From assembly GCA_951406725.2 (NCBI GenBank), contig OX597825.1, forward strand, positions 14,136,001 through 14,200,000: 64,000 bases of DNA, in the 5' to 3' direction. Source of the stretch: Octopus vulgaris (Eukaryota). Below the pieces are notes generated by a model. That model worked only from the letters and a program-made list of their open reading frames with translations, was not told where the DNA came from and did no database searches. Positions 26,660 to 41,688 of the stretch are shown one piece after another (positions within the stretch are counted from its first letter, which is position 1; every line of letters starts with the position of its first letter). The position numbers were made by a program, and so were the translations under genes.

Positions 26660-27973
26660 GGCTAGCATAGTACCATAGGCTGCAGGTATCAAGCTCGCTA
26701 CGCATGTAAGGCTCCAGGAACTCCAACAAAACCTGTGATAAAGAGAAATAATAATAGTAACAATAAATGTTTTAAGTGCCAAATACTCAAAGTGTTAGTT
26801 GATCATTTTAAAGTACAACTCGCCGACATTCTATCACCAGCGCTGTACTACGCTGAACCACACTACACTGAACCACACTACACTGAGTTTTGTTGATAAC
26901 TAATGTACTAAAATTATATTGGTTCAGTTAATCTCACGAGCGAGTAGTTAAACGCGGAGATTATATACTTTTCAGCTATAAATTTGTCAAAGGTGATTAG
27001 TAGCTTTCAGTTCCTGCCCAACAGATTGTAAATATGAGAAAAGAAAGTTTTAAAAATCTTTAAAAGATATATTTCAAAGTTGCTCATTCATAACTTGTGC
27101 TAGCGAATTTATCTTCCTTGAAATAATTTACGACCGAAAAGCGTAAGATCATCCGAAAGTACTATTAACTCTGTTAAGCTATTGAGGTGAAACATATACC
27201 TTCATGATTTGTTGGTTAAGAGGCTACATTGAAGTGTTTCATTGAACTCAGAGAAGTTTATATGAATATAAGTTAAAAATGTTTAGAAACCACATTGATA
27301 TTTATGAGAAAGTACATAAAAAATATTTAATACAGAGTTACATACAATCATCCTAGATGGAATAACAACCAAAGAAAAGATTCTGTTTCATAAACAACGT
27401 CTCGTTCACTTTTGTGTTGCAAATATTAACTCATATTACGGTGGTATACTTTGCCAAGCAAGTGATTTGATCTGAGAGGGTATGTTGGAACTATAATGAT
27501 CACAGCGTGGAAAACTTATCGGTTAAAGACACAAGACTGTTAGCTTTTCTTAAACATTCTCTCTGTGTTATGACAGTAACCAAGTCACTGTTTTGAGCGA
27601 CGGAAATTTCAACACTGTATAACAAAGAGGAGATGCAAAGACACTCCCGACACGACCGAAAAAAATTTGCAATATAAAGTAATTCACTTGGGAACGTCTT
27701 GCTCAAGAGCGCTCACTGTAGTTTAGTGCTTATACTCTGGAGTATTTAAATGAAGTTACCATTCTTCGTGTTCTTTGAACAGCGAACATGTGTCTTTGAA
27801 CAGCAAACATGTGTCTTCCACGCTGCAAACATTAACTCACACACTTATTGTTTGATGTATCCTTTCTCACCTCCGTACGACGTTCGCCCTTCATGTCGCT
27901 GCAGATTATCAGATTAACGGTTTTATTCTCAATGTGTCTTGAGGTGCCTTATTTGGCCACTATTTGCATAAAA

Positions 27974-28195
27974 CCTATTTCTTTACTACCCACAAGGGGC
28001 TAAACACAGAGAGGACAAACAAGGACAGAGAAACGGATTAAGTCGATTACATCGACACCAGTATGTAACTTATTTAATCGACCCCGAAAGGATGAAAGGC
28101 AAAGTCGACCTCGGCGGAATTTGAACTCAGAACGTAGCGGCTGACGAAATACCGCTAAGCATTTCGCCCGGCGTGCTAACGTTTCTGCCAGCTCA
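27974..28195 (-). mobile_element. SINE family B monomer
   Basis: Matches family B along its length. Confidence 0.88.
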
Positions 28196-29344
28196 GTCAC
28201 AGTGGGGGGCACGTAATAACGATCAAGAGGGTTAGGGTAAGCGTTAGGGTTTCGGGTTCATGCTTTCCGTGCAGCCCTTCTGTCTTTGGTTTCTCTAAGT
28301 ATTTCTGATTCCGAGTGCTGGACTCCACAGCATAAGCCCTACACCACAGTGAGTACACTTAAGCAAGGCGTTCTCGAATGGATTATTTTACGTTACACTA
28401 TTTCTCGGTCGTGTCTTTGTATCTCATCTTTGGTTAACCACATGACAGTGAGCCAAATGCTTGTCGTCCAAAGCAAATCCATTAAGAGCATAGGCACTAC
28501 ATGTCTACTTTATTGCATTTGGCATTTACCACATGCATGATATATTAACTCTCTCTAACGCAGTAGTATAGGAGATTTTATATTGTCTATTGATTCTGAG
28601 AACTTTACGCAGGTATGTCAGGTGAAAATGATTAAATACCTTTTATGAATGTCTTTGTAAAAGACATCCAGGTTCTCCATCCGTGAAGTAATATAGCTAC
28701 CACAGCAGATTTGTATACATCAAGATTTGTTTTCATTTATGCAAACCAAGTCCTTTAAAACCCGTTATACCGCACAATAGGAAGTTTCTCACGACTACGA
28801 CCTTCCACACACATCCACCCGTTTATCATTCCTGTTGTATCTCTCAATAGATATCCTAAACACGCTTCCAATTTGTCTTTCATAAGGATCTCAGGCTTCT
28901 AAATCTGTTTTTTTATCCTTGATAATGTTTTCATATATTCGCAAATATGCTGAGGGTAAAGAAAACCTCATTTTTATCGATCAGAGGAAACGAGGTGATA
29001 TTGAAAAGGTTAACAGCGCAACGAACCTTCTAAATATGACAACACAAGCACACAAATATATATTTAGGCACATACTCATAAGCACCCACATACACTCACA
29101 CATACACACGCACACACGATTACAACACATGTACACCGACCAACAGACACAAACGAACGCTCACACACACACACATGTTAACATTTCGATTAGGCATATT
29201 GCCATAGAGCCATGCTAATAACCTGGTGTTAGAACTCAGTATGCATATATTTATCAGTACGAGGCACCAGTTGCTTACTGAGTAGTAATGAAAATTTGGG
29301 AAGACATATATATTAGAAAATTATTATGTTTTAAATCTCAAAAC

Positions 29345-29590
29345 GAGAGACATTCAGCAACAGTACTTAGTAGTAAAGATTGTTTGGCAACATAACATGG
29401 AAGTCCTGGTTTAGGGCGAATGTTGCTGTAATTTAGCCCCAGAAGGCATCGTCTTCAGCTGGCTATACGACACGATCTGTGTCCTAATATTTTCGAACAA
29501 GGGAATCTAGCACCCTCACTGTGTATCGCGATTTTCGGGTTATTCTGTGCTGATGAAGGAAAATAACCCGGAAATCGTGATACGCAGATA
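29345..29590 (+). mobile_element. Repeat related to 950-1127, ending in a hairpin with an HHR-like motif (29545-29587)
   Basis: Shares gtaaagattgtttg...gtcctggtttagg...ctgtaatttagcccc with the 950-1127 repeat. Motif CTGTG-CTGATGA-aggaaaataacccg-GAAA-TCGTGA-TA-CGCAG, with an inverted copy of its 3' half at 29519-29544. Confidence 0.5.
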
Positions 29591-30058
29591 CGTGTACAGG
29601 TTAGGTAACAACTGTGGGACAAGCCTGTTGTTGCTCAGGCTTTTGACGTTAGAAGCCACTTGATACCACCTACAGGCATCACTATACCGACCGGCATCGT
29701 CGAGTGATGTCGTATTGCCGCGTGGTGCGTCTTTGTTTTGCAAAGTTTCTCCTCTGTTCGTCGATTTTTGCGATGGCTGAAACGAAGGAGTAGAGTGCAT
29801 CCGTGAAAATCTGTTTTCTACTGGGAAAACGGCGCTCGAAACAATTTATGATAATAGGGATGTGATGTAGTAATACGCTAGTATGCCATCTGCTTTTACG
29901 TTCGAAGTTCAAAGTTCCGCTAAGGTATATTTAGCTTTTCATTCTTTTGGGGCTGACAAAATAAGTACCAGTTAAGCACTAGGGTCGATAGAATGCCGCA
30001 AAAAGCCTTAGGGAAAAAAAATTAGAAAATGAATAGACAAGAATTCCATTATGCATAA

Positions 30059-30201
<143 letters not shown>

Positions 30202-30237
30202 TATATATATTATATATATTTATTATATATGTATATA

Positions 30238-30288
<51 letters not shown>

Positions 30289-30290
<2 letters not shown>

Positions 30291-30492
30291 CCGCTCTGCC
30301 TGGCGTCGGACGGTGAGGAAAGGCGTTTCATGGCTGAGAGAGGAGAGCACAGCTGTGGTTGGACAGGCGGGACAGAGGAGGACAACTCAGCAACACCCAC
30401 GTACCATGTGTTGTGTATGTATGTATATATGTATATATATTCAAAGTAGGCCCACCCTAACCCATTGTCTATCAAGACAGACGAATAAGAAG
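30289..30492 (+). pseudogene. RTE-clade LINE 3' fragment
   Basis: [14 protein letters not shown] is the typical RTE ORF C-terminal motif. Ends in an aagaaga tail within (TA)n. Confidence 0.65.
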
Positions 30493-30523
30493 ATATATAT
30501 GTATATATGTATATATATGTATA

Positions 30524-30601
<78 letters not shown>

Positions 30602-31521
30602 ACTGTCTGTCTTTCTGCTGACCTGCCTACTTACGTACATTACACATATATATACACATATATATTAAATTTTATATAAATACACACACCCGCTCTCTCT
30701 TTCTCTCTAACATACACACAGGAACACACACACACGAACACACACACACGAACACACACACACACACATACACATGCACACACACATATATATTATATAC
30801 ATTTGGGTATACGTGTATATCCTTCTAAAAATTCATTTGGACGGAAGCAGGTTGGTTCTGATTGTTCTGCAGTACTGATAAAAGCGAAAGAAATCCAAAA
30901 TAAAGAAAAAACAATCAAACAAAAAAAAAAACCCTCGGAAAAAATATATATATATATATCCATTTGATTATGACAACTGTGTGTATTCGTAAAATGTATT
31001 TGCATGTATAAGGATCTACATATACTTATACACACATTCGTATAAGTCTGTATGGTTATACATAGCATAAGCACATGACATAGTAATTTGCATAGATTGA
31101 AGATAAAATGTCAATGCTGATTAATAAACAGCAACCGAAGCAACAGTCTTAACAACAATAGGAATGCTAAATCAGCATGAATTCTATTGTAGGAGCAATA
31201 ACATTAAGGGGGGAGGAGAAGGAAGAGGTGTCGGAAACAGCTAGAGAGAATCCCTTACATTAAGAATTGGTAGATTCAATGGCACCAGAAAAGCAGTAAC
31301 GCAGTAAGGAATCAATACTGGAACCATGCAAACATGCAGATTGGAAAGAGGTGGGGGGGGGGGGAAAGACAAAAAAAAAAAAAAAAAAAATAAATAAATA
31401 AAATAATACCGAGAAATTTTATTTTATTGCACCACAGAAAGAAACGGAAAACAAAAGGAACAGCATGAAATAATATACAAAGAGAACCGTACACGCATAC
31501 ATGCATAATACATACATACGA

Positions 31522-31581
<60 letters not shown>

Positions 31582-31706
31582 ACACACACATATCCGTACA
31601 TTTATTTATATATGTATATATGCATGCACACATACACACATAAATTTATTTATATATATGTGTGTTTGTGTGTGTGTATTTATATATATATTATATTATA
31701 TATATA

Positions 31707-31749
<43 letters not shown>

Positions 31750-32059
31750 CATACACATATATATATATACATATATATATAAATATATATAAATATATAT
31801 ATATATATTTATATATATATATGTTTATATATATTTTTATATATACACCCACCCCACCCACAAGCACACGCACACACACGCATACATATGTATACATGAA
31901 CGCATACGCATACTTGCTTATGACTGATGTCTGTGTTCATTTTGTCCGAAGACACACTGGTAGTGATAATAATGATGATTAAGATGAGAAAAAGTTTTAT
32001 TATTGTTAATAATAATAATAATAATAATAATAACAATAATAATAATAACAATAATAATG

Positions 32060-32126
<67 letters not shown>

Positions 32127-32979
32127 CAAACAATAATAATAATGATAATAATAGTAATAATAAGACGTTTTAAATTCATCATAGCATATACACTTCTGAA
32201 GGGTTGCAGGTTTTGGTTTAGTGGAATTGTTGGCACCATTGTCTGAGTAAAACTATTTCATCGACCACCAGGAATATGAAACAGAAAATTGGCCCCAGTG
32301 GAATTTGAACGCTGATTGTGTCTGTTGCAGTTCTAGTGCTGCAGTTTTGTCAATAATGGATTTTTAGAATTGGCATATGGTTAACGATGCCTGGGAGTGT
32401 ACCATCTATTATATTTGACCATTGTAATTCACTAGTATCTATTTTATTTATCTCTAGGGATGAAAAGCAAAGCAGACCTCCGATGGGATGTAACGGGACG
32501 TTAGTAAAATACTGAAAGGCGTTTTTTGTCTGGTATCAGCTCCAGTGAGACTGTTGCTTGCATTCAACCGGAATAGATGAAACTGAGAGGGAAAGGAAAG
32601 AATGCTCAATTAAAGAATTTGACGCTATTTTTAGGATATTTGAAGAGGGGAAAGCACTTGACAATAGATGTACGCCAGGATGTTATCAGCGAGGGAAAGT
32701 GAGGGAGAGAGAGAGAGAAAGAGAGAGAGAGAGATGGAGGGAAAGGGAGAAGAGGGAGGGAGAGAATGAAGAACATTGAGATTGAGAGAATCAGAGAAAC
32801 AGTCGCAGTGAGAGAGAAACTGAGAGATGCAGGGGAGAGAAAGACAGAGAGACAGAAGTAAAGAGAGAGAGAGAGAGAGAGAGAAACAGACTAATAGTTA
32901 GAAAAAGAGAAACATACAGAAATAGAGGGCCACAGAGGAAAGGGTGAGAGAGAGAGAAGTAGATAAACAGGCAGAGAGG

Positions 32980-33011
<32 letters not shown>

Positions 33012-33247
33012 GAAAGAGAGTGAGAAACACTCAGGCACAGTGAAGGAGAAGTATAGGGAGATACAAATGGACACACAAAGTAGAAAGAGAAACAGACAGA
33101 AAGGGACAAGGATGAGAGAAGCAAAGAGAAAGAGATGGATAGAGGGAGAGAAGAGAAAGAGAGACAGAGAGAGAAGAGAGAGAGAAAAATATAGATAGAT
33201 TGACAGATAGATAGAGAGAGAGACAGACAGACAGATAGATAAAGAGA

Positions 33248-33279
<32 letters not shown>

Positions 33280-33392
33280 TAGATAGAGAGACAGACAGAC
33301 AGATAAATAAAGAGATAGATAGATAGAGAGACAGACAGTCAGACAGACAGATAGATAAATTGATAGATAGATAGATAGATATATATATATAT

Positions 33393-33436
<44 letters not shown>

Positions 33437-34299
33437 AGAGACAGAGAAAGACATCCACACAAAAGGAAAGAGAGAGAGGGAGAGACCAAGAAAGCTGCAA
33501 GTTAGAAGGCAAGTCGCAAATGCACTCAACTGCAATAACAGTTATAGTGAAGGAAGAGAAAGAAAATCGAAACAAAACAACCCTTTTGTAATATTTAAAG
33601 AAATCAATAAAAAAAGCATTAATTTTTCTTTGCACATGCTGGTGCAAATCAAAAGAGGCGCATTACAAGACTGCCAGAAATTTGTTTCGTTCCTTCTGTA
33701 GTTATATACATTTCAGTAAGCTTTTGTTTTTTGTTTTTGCTTAGATTTTCACCATAAAGTATTTAAGAAAAATATAAATTTTGTATCGTTATTATTCTTT
33801 AATGTTTGACGGATGCAAATTAGGAGCGATGTACAGCAATATGGGGAATGGCATCAATTGACCAACGAGAGAGAATTGGCTGCGAATTCCAGAGTTGTCT
33901 GCTTGTCAAGTTACAGTTTAGGAATCGATCGATGTAAATATCGAACAGTGGGTGTCTTTTCGAAGTACTGTACTATTCCATAATGAGGGACAATCAAGGC
34001 AAAACTGTTGATAAAATGTCGCCGCTGGTAGTAAGACGGGGTATGTGACCCGTCCGCCATCGTGTCTATAACAATTGCAAGTTGGAGTCAAAAGCTGAAT
34101 GCGATGGCGCATGCGTGGCAACAAAAGAACTCAATACACACGATAAGGTATTCGCTTCCAGCTGGTGTATCCATTCTGTTAGAAATCGGATTTTGTAAAA
34201 AGATGTCTCCCTTTAGGCAATAAAATAATTTTGTGTAACTTCTAAGATCGAATGTAGAAGAAACTCTGACAAAGAAAATTATCAACTTCAAAAGACGTA

Positions 34300-34437
34300 C
34301 ATGTGGTAAGTAGCTTGCTTACCAACCACATGGCTCCAGGTTCAGTCCCACTGCGTGGCACCTTGGGAGAGTGTCGGCCCGACCAAACCCTTGTGAGTGT
34401 ATTTAGTAGACGGAAATTGAAAGAAGCCCGTCGTGTA
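34300..34437 (+). mobile_element. SINE family A fragment
   Basis: gtggtaagtagcttgcttacc...aagaagcccgtcg. Confidence 0.8.
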
Positions 34438-34609
34438 TACATTCATATATATATAAAATTGAATAAGTGTAGAAATTGATATTAATCAATTAAAACCAGT
34501 GGCCTAGCATATTAAAAACATCCGAAGATTAAAATATTTTTTACTTACAAGATTTAAGTGGTCAGTCCTTTAAATTTTGTATGTAAAATATACACACACA
34601 CACACATAC

Positions 34610-34674
<65 letters not shown>

Positions 34675-34678
<4 letters not shown>

Positions 34679-34862
34679 TGTTGCCACGGCTTTATCGATC
34701 GAATTCTCACATAGAAACGATTTTTGTAATTTTTTCAAGACTTATACACACCCTGATACCGTCGGTATCTACATATCAAATCTGAGCGCTATCGGATGGA
34801 GGATGCCCGAGATCCTAGAAGACACAAACACAGACAGACAGAACGGATTTTATATAATAGAT
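34675..34862 (-). mobile_element. Probable non-autonomous Helitron remnant
   Basis: Minus strand starts TCTATTATATAAAA, followed by (CTGT)n and gatagcgctcagatttgatatg. Ends near a GC-rich aaagccgtggcaac. Confidence 0.5.
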
Positions 34863-35528
34863 ATATCAACAACAATAATGATGATAAGGATTATTACTAA
34901 GTGGCATAGCATTACCTTTAATTCTTTTTAATATACAATTTTACAGAGACCTGTACATGGTTCAACTGCACCGATTAGTAATCGTTGAAATTGCATCTCT
35001 ACTATTATACAGGTGCAGTTTCTTCAGGGTTTTTATTTAATTTCCCTCGATTTGACTGTTTAAAGTGTTTCGTTTCTCTACTATGCGTTGTACGATGTAA
35101 AGTTGTTTGTTAAGTTAGACATGAACTGTCTTTAAACCAAGTTTTGATTCGATAATCACTTATGATCCGTTATGTTAAAACACCTTTCCATAAAAAAAAC
35201 CGACCCTAAAATCTAATTACCTCTCTATTGAAACGCACGTACCCAATGAAAAATTAACTAATTCAGCAGAGACTATATGAAGCCAAGATTAACTTCCATG
35301 CATCACAGTCAAAAGATATATTTAACTGGCTGAAATTTCGAAGTCGCTGTCGATAATACTCTTGTTTAAGAATAATAATTTTGCATTTCACAACAGAATA
35401 TAGTAACCCATGAGATTGATGTAAAATTGTTTTTACTATAACTGATAATAAAAACAAATATTGCCATACATACATATATACATACATACATACATACATA
35501 AACATTTGCTTGTGTATGCGTGTATATA

Positions 35529-35611
<83 letters not shown>

Positions 35612-35699
35612 GTATATATATATATAATATATAAACAAATACATAGATATATACATACATACATACATAAACATTTGCTTGTGTATGTCGTGTTATATA

Positions 35700-35778
<79 letters not shown>

Positions 35779-35847
35779 CCTATGTTATTATTATATATAT
35801 ACATAGATGCACGTAAATGTTTATTTATTTCCGTGCGAATATGTGTA

Positions 35848-35955
<108 letters not shown>

Positions 35956-36132
35956 GCACGCACTCACGCACTCTCACACATACATAATAGTTTTGTTGTT
36001 GATGGCTGTAGGTGCACATGATCTTCAGGCAAGTTACGTCTCTCTGTGTCATTTTTATGTGTCTGTTTCCCTCTCCCTCCCACCATTCTCCCCTCTCTCA
36101 CTATCTCTCTCTATATATATATGCATGTATAT

Positions 36133-36181
<49 letters not shown>

Positions 36182-36187
36182 ATGTAT

Positions 36188-36235
<48 letters not shown>

Positions 36236-36687
36236 CATGGAAATGAAAACATTTTAATGTAACCGAAATTTTACGGTTATTCTCAAAGGGATTGCGACGA
36301 ATTGCAAATAACCAGAATATAAAACAACGAATTTCTGATTGAATAAGCTTCACAAAAGAATTAAATTATTTCAAGTAATATTAAAGTGAAAAGGTTGTTG
36401 CAACAAAAATGAACATATATTACATATATTGATATGCATGATGTTACAGCAGAGAGAAAACAAATGGTTGTGATCAAAGCGAACATAATGTATGTGTACG
36501 TAATGATAATTATATATACATGAATGAGAAAATGGCTGAATATGCTGGTATGAAAAAGCAGACGACAGGAACGTTATCGGGTTGCGTTAAGTTGCTTTAA
36601 ATTTAGCGCGTTAGAATCACAATAAAAACAGATCACACGGAAATGGTATGAATAATCAAAACGAGGCGTGAGCAGAAAACAAATATA

Positions 36688-36815
36688 GGTTCGTGGCGTA
36701 GCGTTTAGAGATCGTAAGATCGTGGTTTCGATTCGCAGGTCGGGTGATGCGTTGTGTTTTTGAGCAAAACACTTCATTTGTCGTCGCTTCAGTACACTCA
36801 ACAGTAAATGAGTAA
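36688..36815 (+). mobile_element. Degenerate tRNA-derived SINE fragment
   Basis: A/B-box-like tggcgtagcg...ggtttcgattc followed by gttgtgtttttgagcaaaacactt and gtaaatgagta. Confidence 0.5.
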
Positions 36816-37665
36816 CTGTATGACAAGATTGGTATCTTGAGAGCACTTTGCTCTCGTGTTTATTTCCTCCCTGCCTGAGGTTACCGTGGTCTTCTCTATA
36901 GGCTTTTTTTCCACGGTTAAACCTAATCTTGTTTGTTACTTTAAAAAAAAATTATTTCTGTGATACACGATCCCTTTTGACCGCTTTTTTTCCCGCTCCC
37001 TTTTAATCGAAATTTTAGATTTGTTTTCTTCTTTTTTTCTTTTTCCTTTTCCATCTTCGAAAAGAAAAGCTCTACATTTGTATTTGTCCCCTCTGTACCC
37101 AGCCCTGTGTGGCCAATAAAGAAAGTTATCTTGTTCAGGGGAAATGTCACGTTATAGAGAGTTAATATCAGATCCTATTTATCGTTGGAATCGGGAAAAT
37201 GGTATTCAGGGTTTGATGATAGCGATGTTGAAAGTAAAGGCTATGAGCAGATGAGTTATAATAAAGCTGTTTGATAATTTCATTTATTTCTTTTATGTTT
37301 CAGCCCAAAGACTGTAGCTATGTTGGAGCACTGCTGAAGCCATCATCTTTTCAGACGTCATTCAATGCTGTTGGCTTTGGTTGCAGAAGCGAATTTGACA
37401 CAGCTACCTTATTTTGACTTTTTTGTCGTGATATATATTGTCATCTGGGACCATGCATGAGAATGTATGTATTGCGTCTGTTGTACATATATATAGAGGT
37501 AAATATATTAAGGAGTAATGCACAATTTTAAGTGTAAGCTGTTGAATCGACTTTGGTTCGAAAGAAGATTGTGAACTTGTTAAATATGGTCCATTTTAGG
37601 CTGGGATAATAAAGATTCTAATATGTATGTATGTGAAATGCATGCAATACATTTATACAGTTATA

Positions 37666-37699
<34 letters not shown>

Positions 37700-37772
37700 C
37701 ATTCCTACATATATATATTACATATATATATATATATATGTAATATATATATATATATCAATATATTATATA

Positions 37773-38270
37773 AAAGGGCTTAGTAAAATAAATTACTTTG
37801 CCGCATACTGAACTCATTAGAAATAGCAGCTAAAAAAACTTTTTTAAAACTATTTCCAATACTTAAAGAAAATCTCTCTCATATAGTGCTTGTTCAATTC
37901 AACTCACGAAAGTATGAGGGTAGAAACATTAAAAAATCAAATGCAAAGGTTATTTGAGAACGTACGTTTCAAGATTAGTCAAACTCGACACTTCTATCAT
38001 CAGCTCAGAACTCCCTGGTTTGGATTTGAAAACACTGAAAGCAGGAGCATACCTATTCGGCTTCCCATCGCCTCCGAAGATCTACTCGAAACTAACAGTG
38101 CCAGCAAATTCAAATATGCAAGCGAAGAATTTCTGCTCTCCCCCTTCCACCAGCGTGGGTTAAAATCAACAAACAACATGCTTTTTTTCGGTAAAATCCG
38201 AGGCATTAAATAGAGAAAGATGAATTATAATTTCAACAATTGAGGGTACAATTGTTGAAATTATATATCA
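37773..38270 (-). mobile_element. Putative Penelope-derived non-autonomous element carrying an HHR
   Basis: Unique-looking segment between (TA)-rich tracts. Contains the HHR at 37955-38007 and a short fold-back ataatttcaacaattg...caattgttgaaattat at about 38226-38266. Confidence 0.45.
37955..38007 (-). ncRNA. Type I hammerhead ribozyme motif, Penelope-like minimal type
   Basis: Minus strand: TGAG-[CTGATGA]-t AGA agt GTCG agt TTGAC taa TCT t-[GAAA]-CGTACG-[TT]-CTCA. Canonical core with a palindromic helix III. Confidence 0.7.
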
Positions 38271-38397
38271 ATATATATATTTGTATCTGTCTATGTATAT
38301 ATATGTATATATATGTATATATATATACATATGTATGTATGTAAGAATGCATATAAATACATAACCTTATATATCAAGTAAAAAAGGATAAATGATA

Positions 38398-38434
<37 letters not shown>

Positions 38435-38993
38435 ACATCTACACGCTTAAAAACGGCATATATACTTTTAAAGTGTCGTTGGAACCAAATAATAAATCTA
38501 TATTTGCAGCACTTTACATACAAGCAAACAAATACACACACACACATACTCACATACATATATATATTACATATATATATATATGTGTGTGCGTGCGTAT
38601 CTGTATATATGCCCATCTATCGATATATATATATATATATATATATTTGTACGCACACACGCACAGACACACACACACCTACACACACACATATATATAT
38701 ATATGAAAGAATACAAAAGTTTGTTTGGAAACAAATAACGAATTTCAATAAGACTTCAATGGTGCAATTTTTTTTTCCTGCTTTCATTAAAAATATCGAC
38801 TAGATTTTTATCTGTTGGGCGATATGAAGTAACGCTATCTCTTTTCTTGCATTGATCTTGGCGAACTGTTCATTACATTCTGACGCATTTAAAGTTGGAA
38901 TACTTCTGTCTTTCCACACACACAACTTTTCACATGAATGCCGATTGTTGAAACTAAAATACTAATACTAAATACTAAACTATAAATCTTACC

Positions 38994-39053
<60 letters not shown>

Positions 39054-39082
39054 CTGTGTATGTTTGTATACGTGTGTGTGGA

Positions 39083-39115
<33 letters not shown>

Positions 39116-39162
39116 TGATGTATAAAAGTATATATCTGTGCATGTATATGCCTGTGTATAAT

Positions 39163-39201
<39 letters not shown>

Positions 39202-39524
39202 TATATACATACGCATGAACTACTGTGCAATAAAGGGATACAAACATGTCATATATAAAAGTATACACATCCATATAGTCGCACACATATATGTATACAT
39301 ATGATATATATATATATATATATATACATATATGTATGTATATATATATATATACATATATATATATGTATATATGTATATATGTATATATGTATATATA
39401 TATGTATATATATACAGGCATACATAAATTCACACTTACATACAAGTATAGTTACATAGATCCACATACCTATATGTACTTAAGTTATATATATATATAT
39501 ATGCATGTATGTATATGCATATGT

Positions 39525-39556
<32 letters not shown>

Positions 39557-39931
39557 TATATATATGTGTGTGTGTTTATGTATATTTATATGTATATGTT
39601 GGTGCACACATGTTTGTCGCTGCAGTGTGAGTGTGCAATGTATCTGTGAGTGTATACATATATATTAAAAATGAAAGATATACATTATTTAAAAATGTGC
39701 TTACACATACACACATGAATGCATAGATAGATACACACAAAAACGGCTACATTCAAAGAGCTTTGAAAACCCACTTCATAATGAGTATATAACCTAACAT
39801 ACACATATATACTCACTCTCTGTCACTCTCTTTCACGTATATATGTTTATATATATGTGTACACACACATATATAGATATGTAAATATATATATATATGC
39901 GTGTGTATGAAAGTTTGTATGTATAAGTATA

Positions 39932-39967
<36 letters not shown>

Positions 39968-40814
39968 TGTATGTATGTATGTATGTATGTATGTATGTAG
40001 GTACGTATGTATGCATGTATGTGCGTATGTATGTATGTATGTATGTATGTATGTATGTATGTAGTGAAGTATAAATAAGAAAAATAACTAACCGGACCCA
40101 TTGATTTCACGATAAATAAATTGATTCTATGAGAAAGAAATTGATCTATGATAAATGTATATATGTATGTGTGTGTATGAAGAACTAAAGTATATGAAAG
40201 CATAATAACTTAACAATATAAAATATAGAATACAAAACTTACAAATGAAGCTGGAAAGTGAAACCGCCAAGAATATGAAAAAACAAATAAGCAAAAATTA
40301 AAAAAGGAAAAGGACAAGAAACAATTTAAATGTATATTTTCCGTTATATACTCAGAAATGCTAATTCTTTTCACATATTGAAAATATATCGAAGTGTAGA
40401 CTGGCTTTTGTAACAGCTTCGATTACAAAAGAACATAGGAGATGTGAGGCCATATTTTATTTTTTTATTCGTTTGGACATCAATAGAGTATATAAACGAT
40501 TTTGGTATTGAGAAACTACTAAGTAAATAACGTGATAGATAAATGCTTATCTAAATAGTTATATAGAGAGAGGAAGAAACGAAAGAATAAAAAAGAATAG
40601 AAAACACAAAAAGGGAAAAAACACAACAATAAAAGTGACTGCACTCTAATCGCAGCGCCCCTGGTGGCTATATTGTGGAACTAGAGAGAGGGAGAAATAT
40701 GACAGCGAAACAACTGATATAAATGGAGAAAGATAAAAAATAATTATTGTTAGAGCATCTTTAGATGTACATATAGACACATACTGTATATATATATATG
40801 TGTGTATATATGTA

Positions 40815-40890
<76 letters not shown>

Positions 40891-41245
40891 CATATACGTA
40901 TATATATATATAAAATACACGTATATGTTCATATATATATATATGTGTGTGTGTGCTGGGGTGCGTATGTGTGGATTATATACATATATATATGTGTGTG
41001 CGTATAAATATATTATCGTATATCCATATATATATATAATTCACATAAAGAATATCAATATATCTGTATATTTATATAATGCACGCCTACATACATGTAT
41101 ATGTGTGTGGCGTGTGTGTGTGAGGGAGAGAGAAGAGGGGAGGGAGGCTACTTAAGTTTATGTATGTATGTAGCTAATTATTTATGCATATAAATAAATA
41201 TAATGAACATATATTCATATATATACATTTATATACGCACATTAT

Positions 41246-41280
<35 letters not shown>

Positions 41281-41321
41281 TATATATATAGTTTCACAAA
41301 TATTCAGATACACACATGCGC

Positions 41322-41361
<40 letters not shown>

Positions 41362-41362
41362 G

Positions 41363-41451
<89 letters not shown>

Positions 41452-41538
41452 AGTTACACATATATTCTCATTCAGGCACACACACACACATATATGTACA
41501 GAGAGAAAGAGAGAGAAGAAGAGAGAGAGAGAGAGAGA

Positions 41539-41688
<150 letters not shown>

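Noticed and set aside
27000-27730. Possible hAT transposase remnant (SERS-like motif)
   Set aside because: A single short motif, with no TIRs or continuous frame found.
28229-28258. Interstitial telomere-like TTAGGG repeats
   Set aside because: Only two exact units in a short degenerate stretch.
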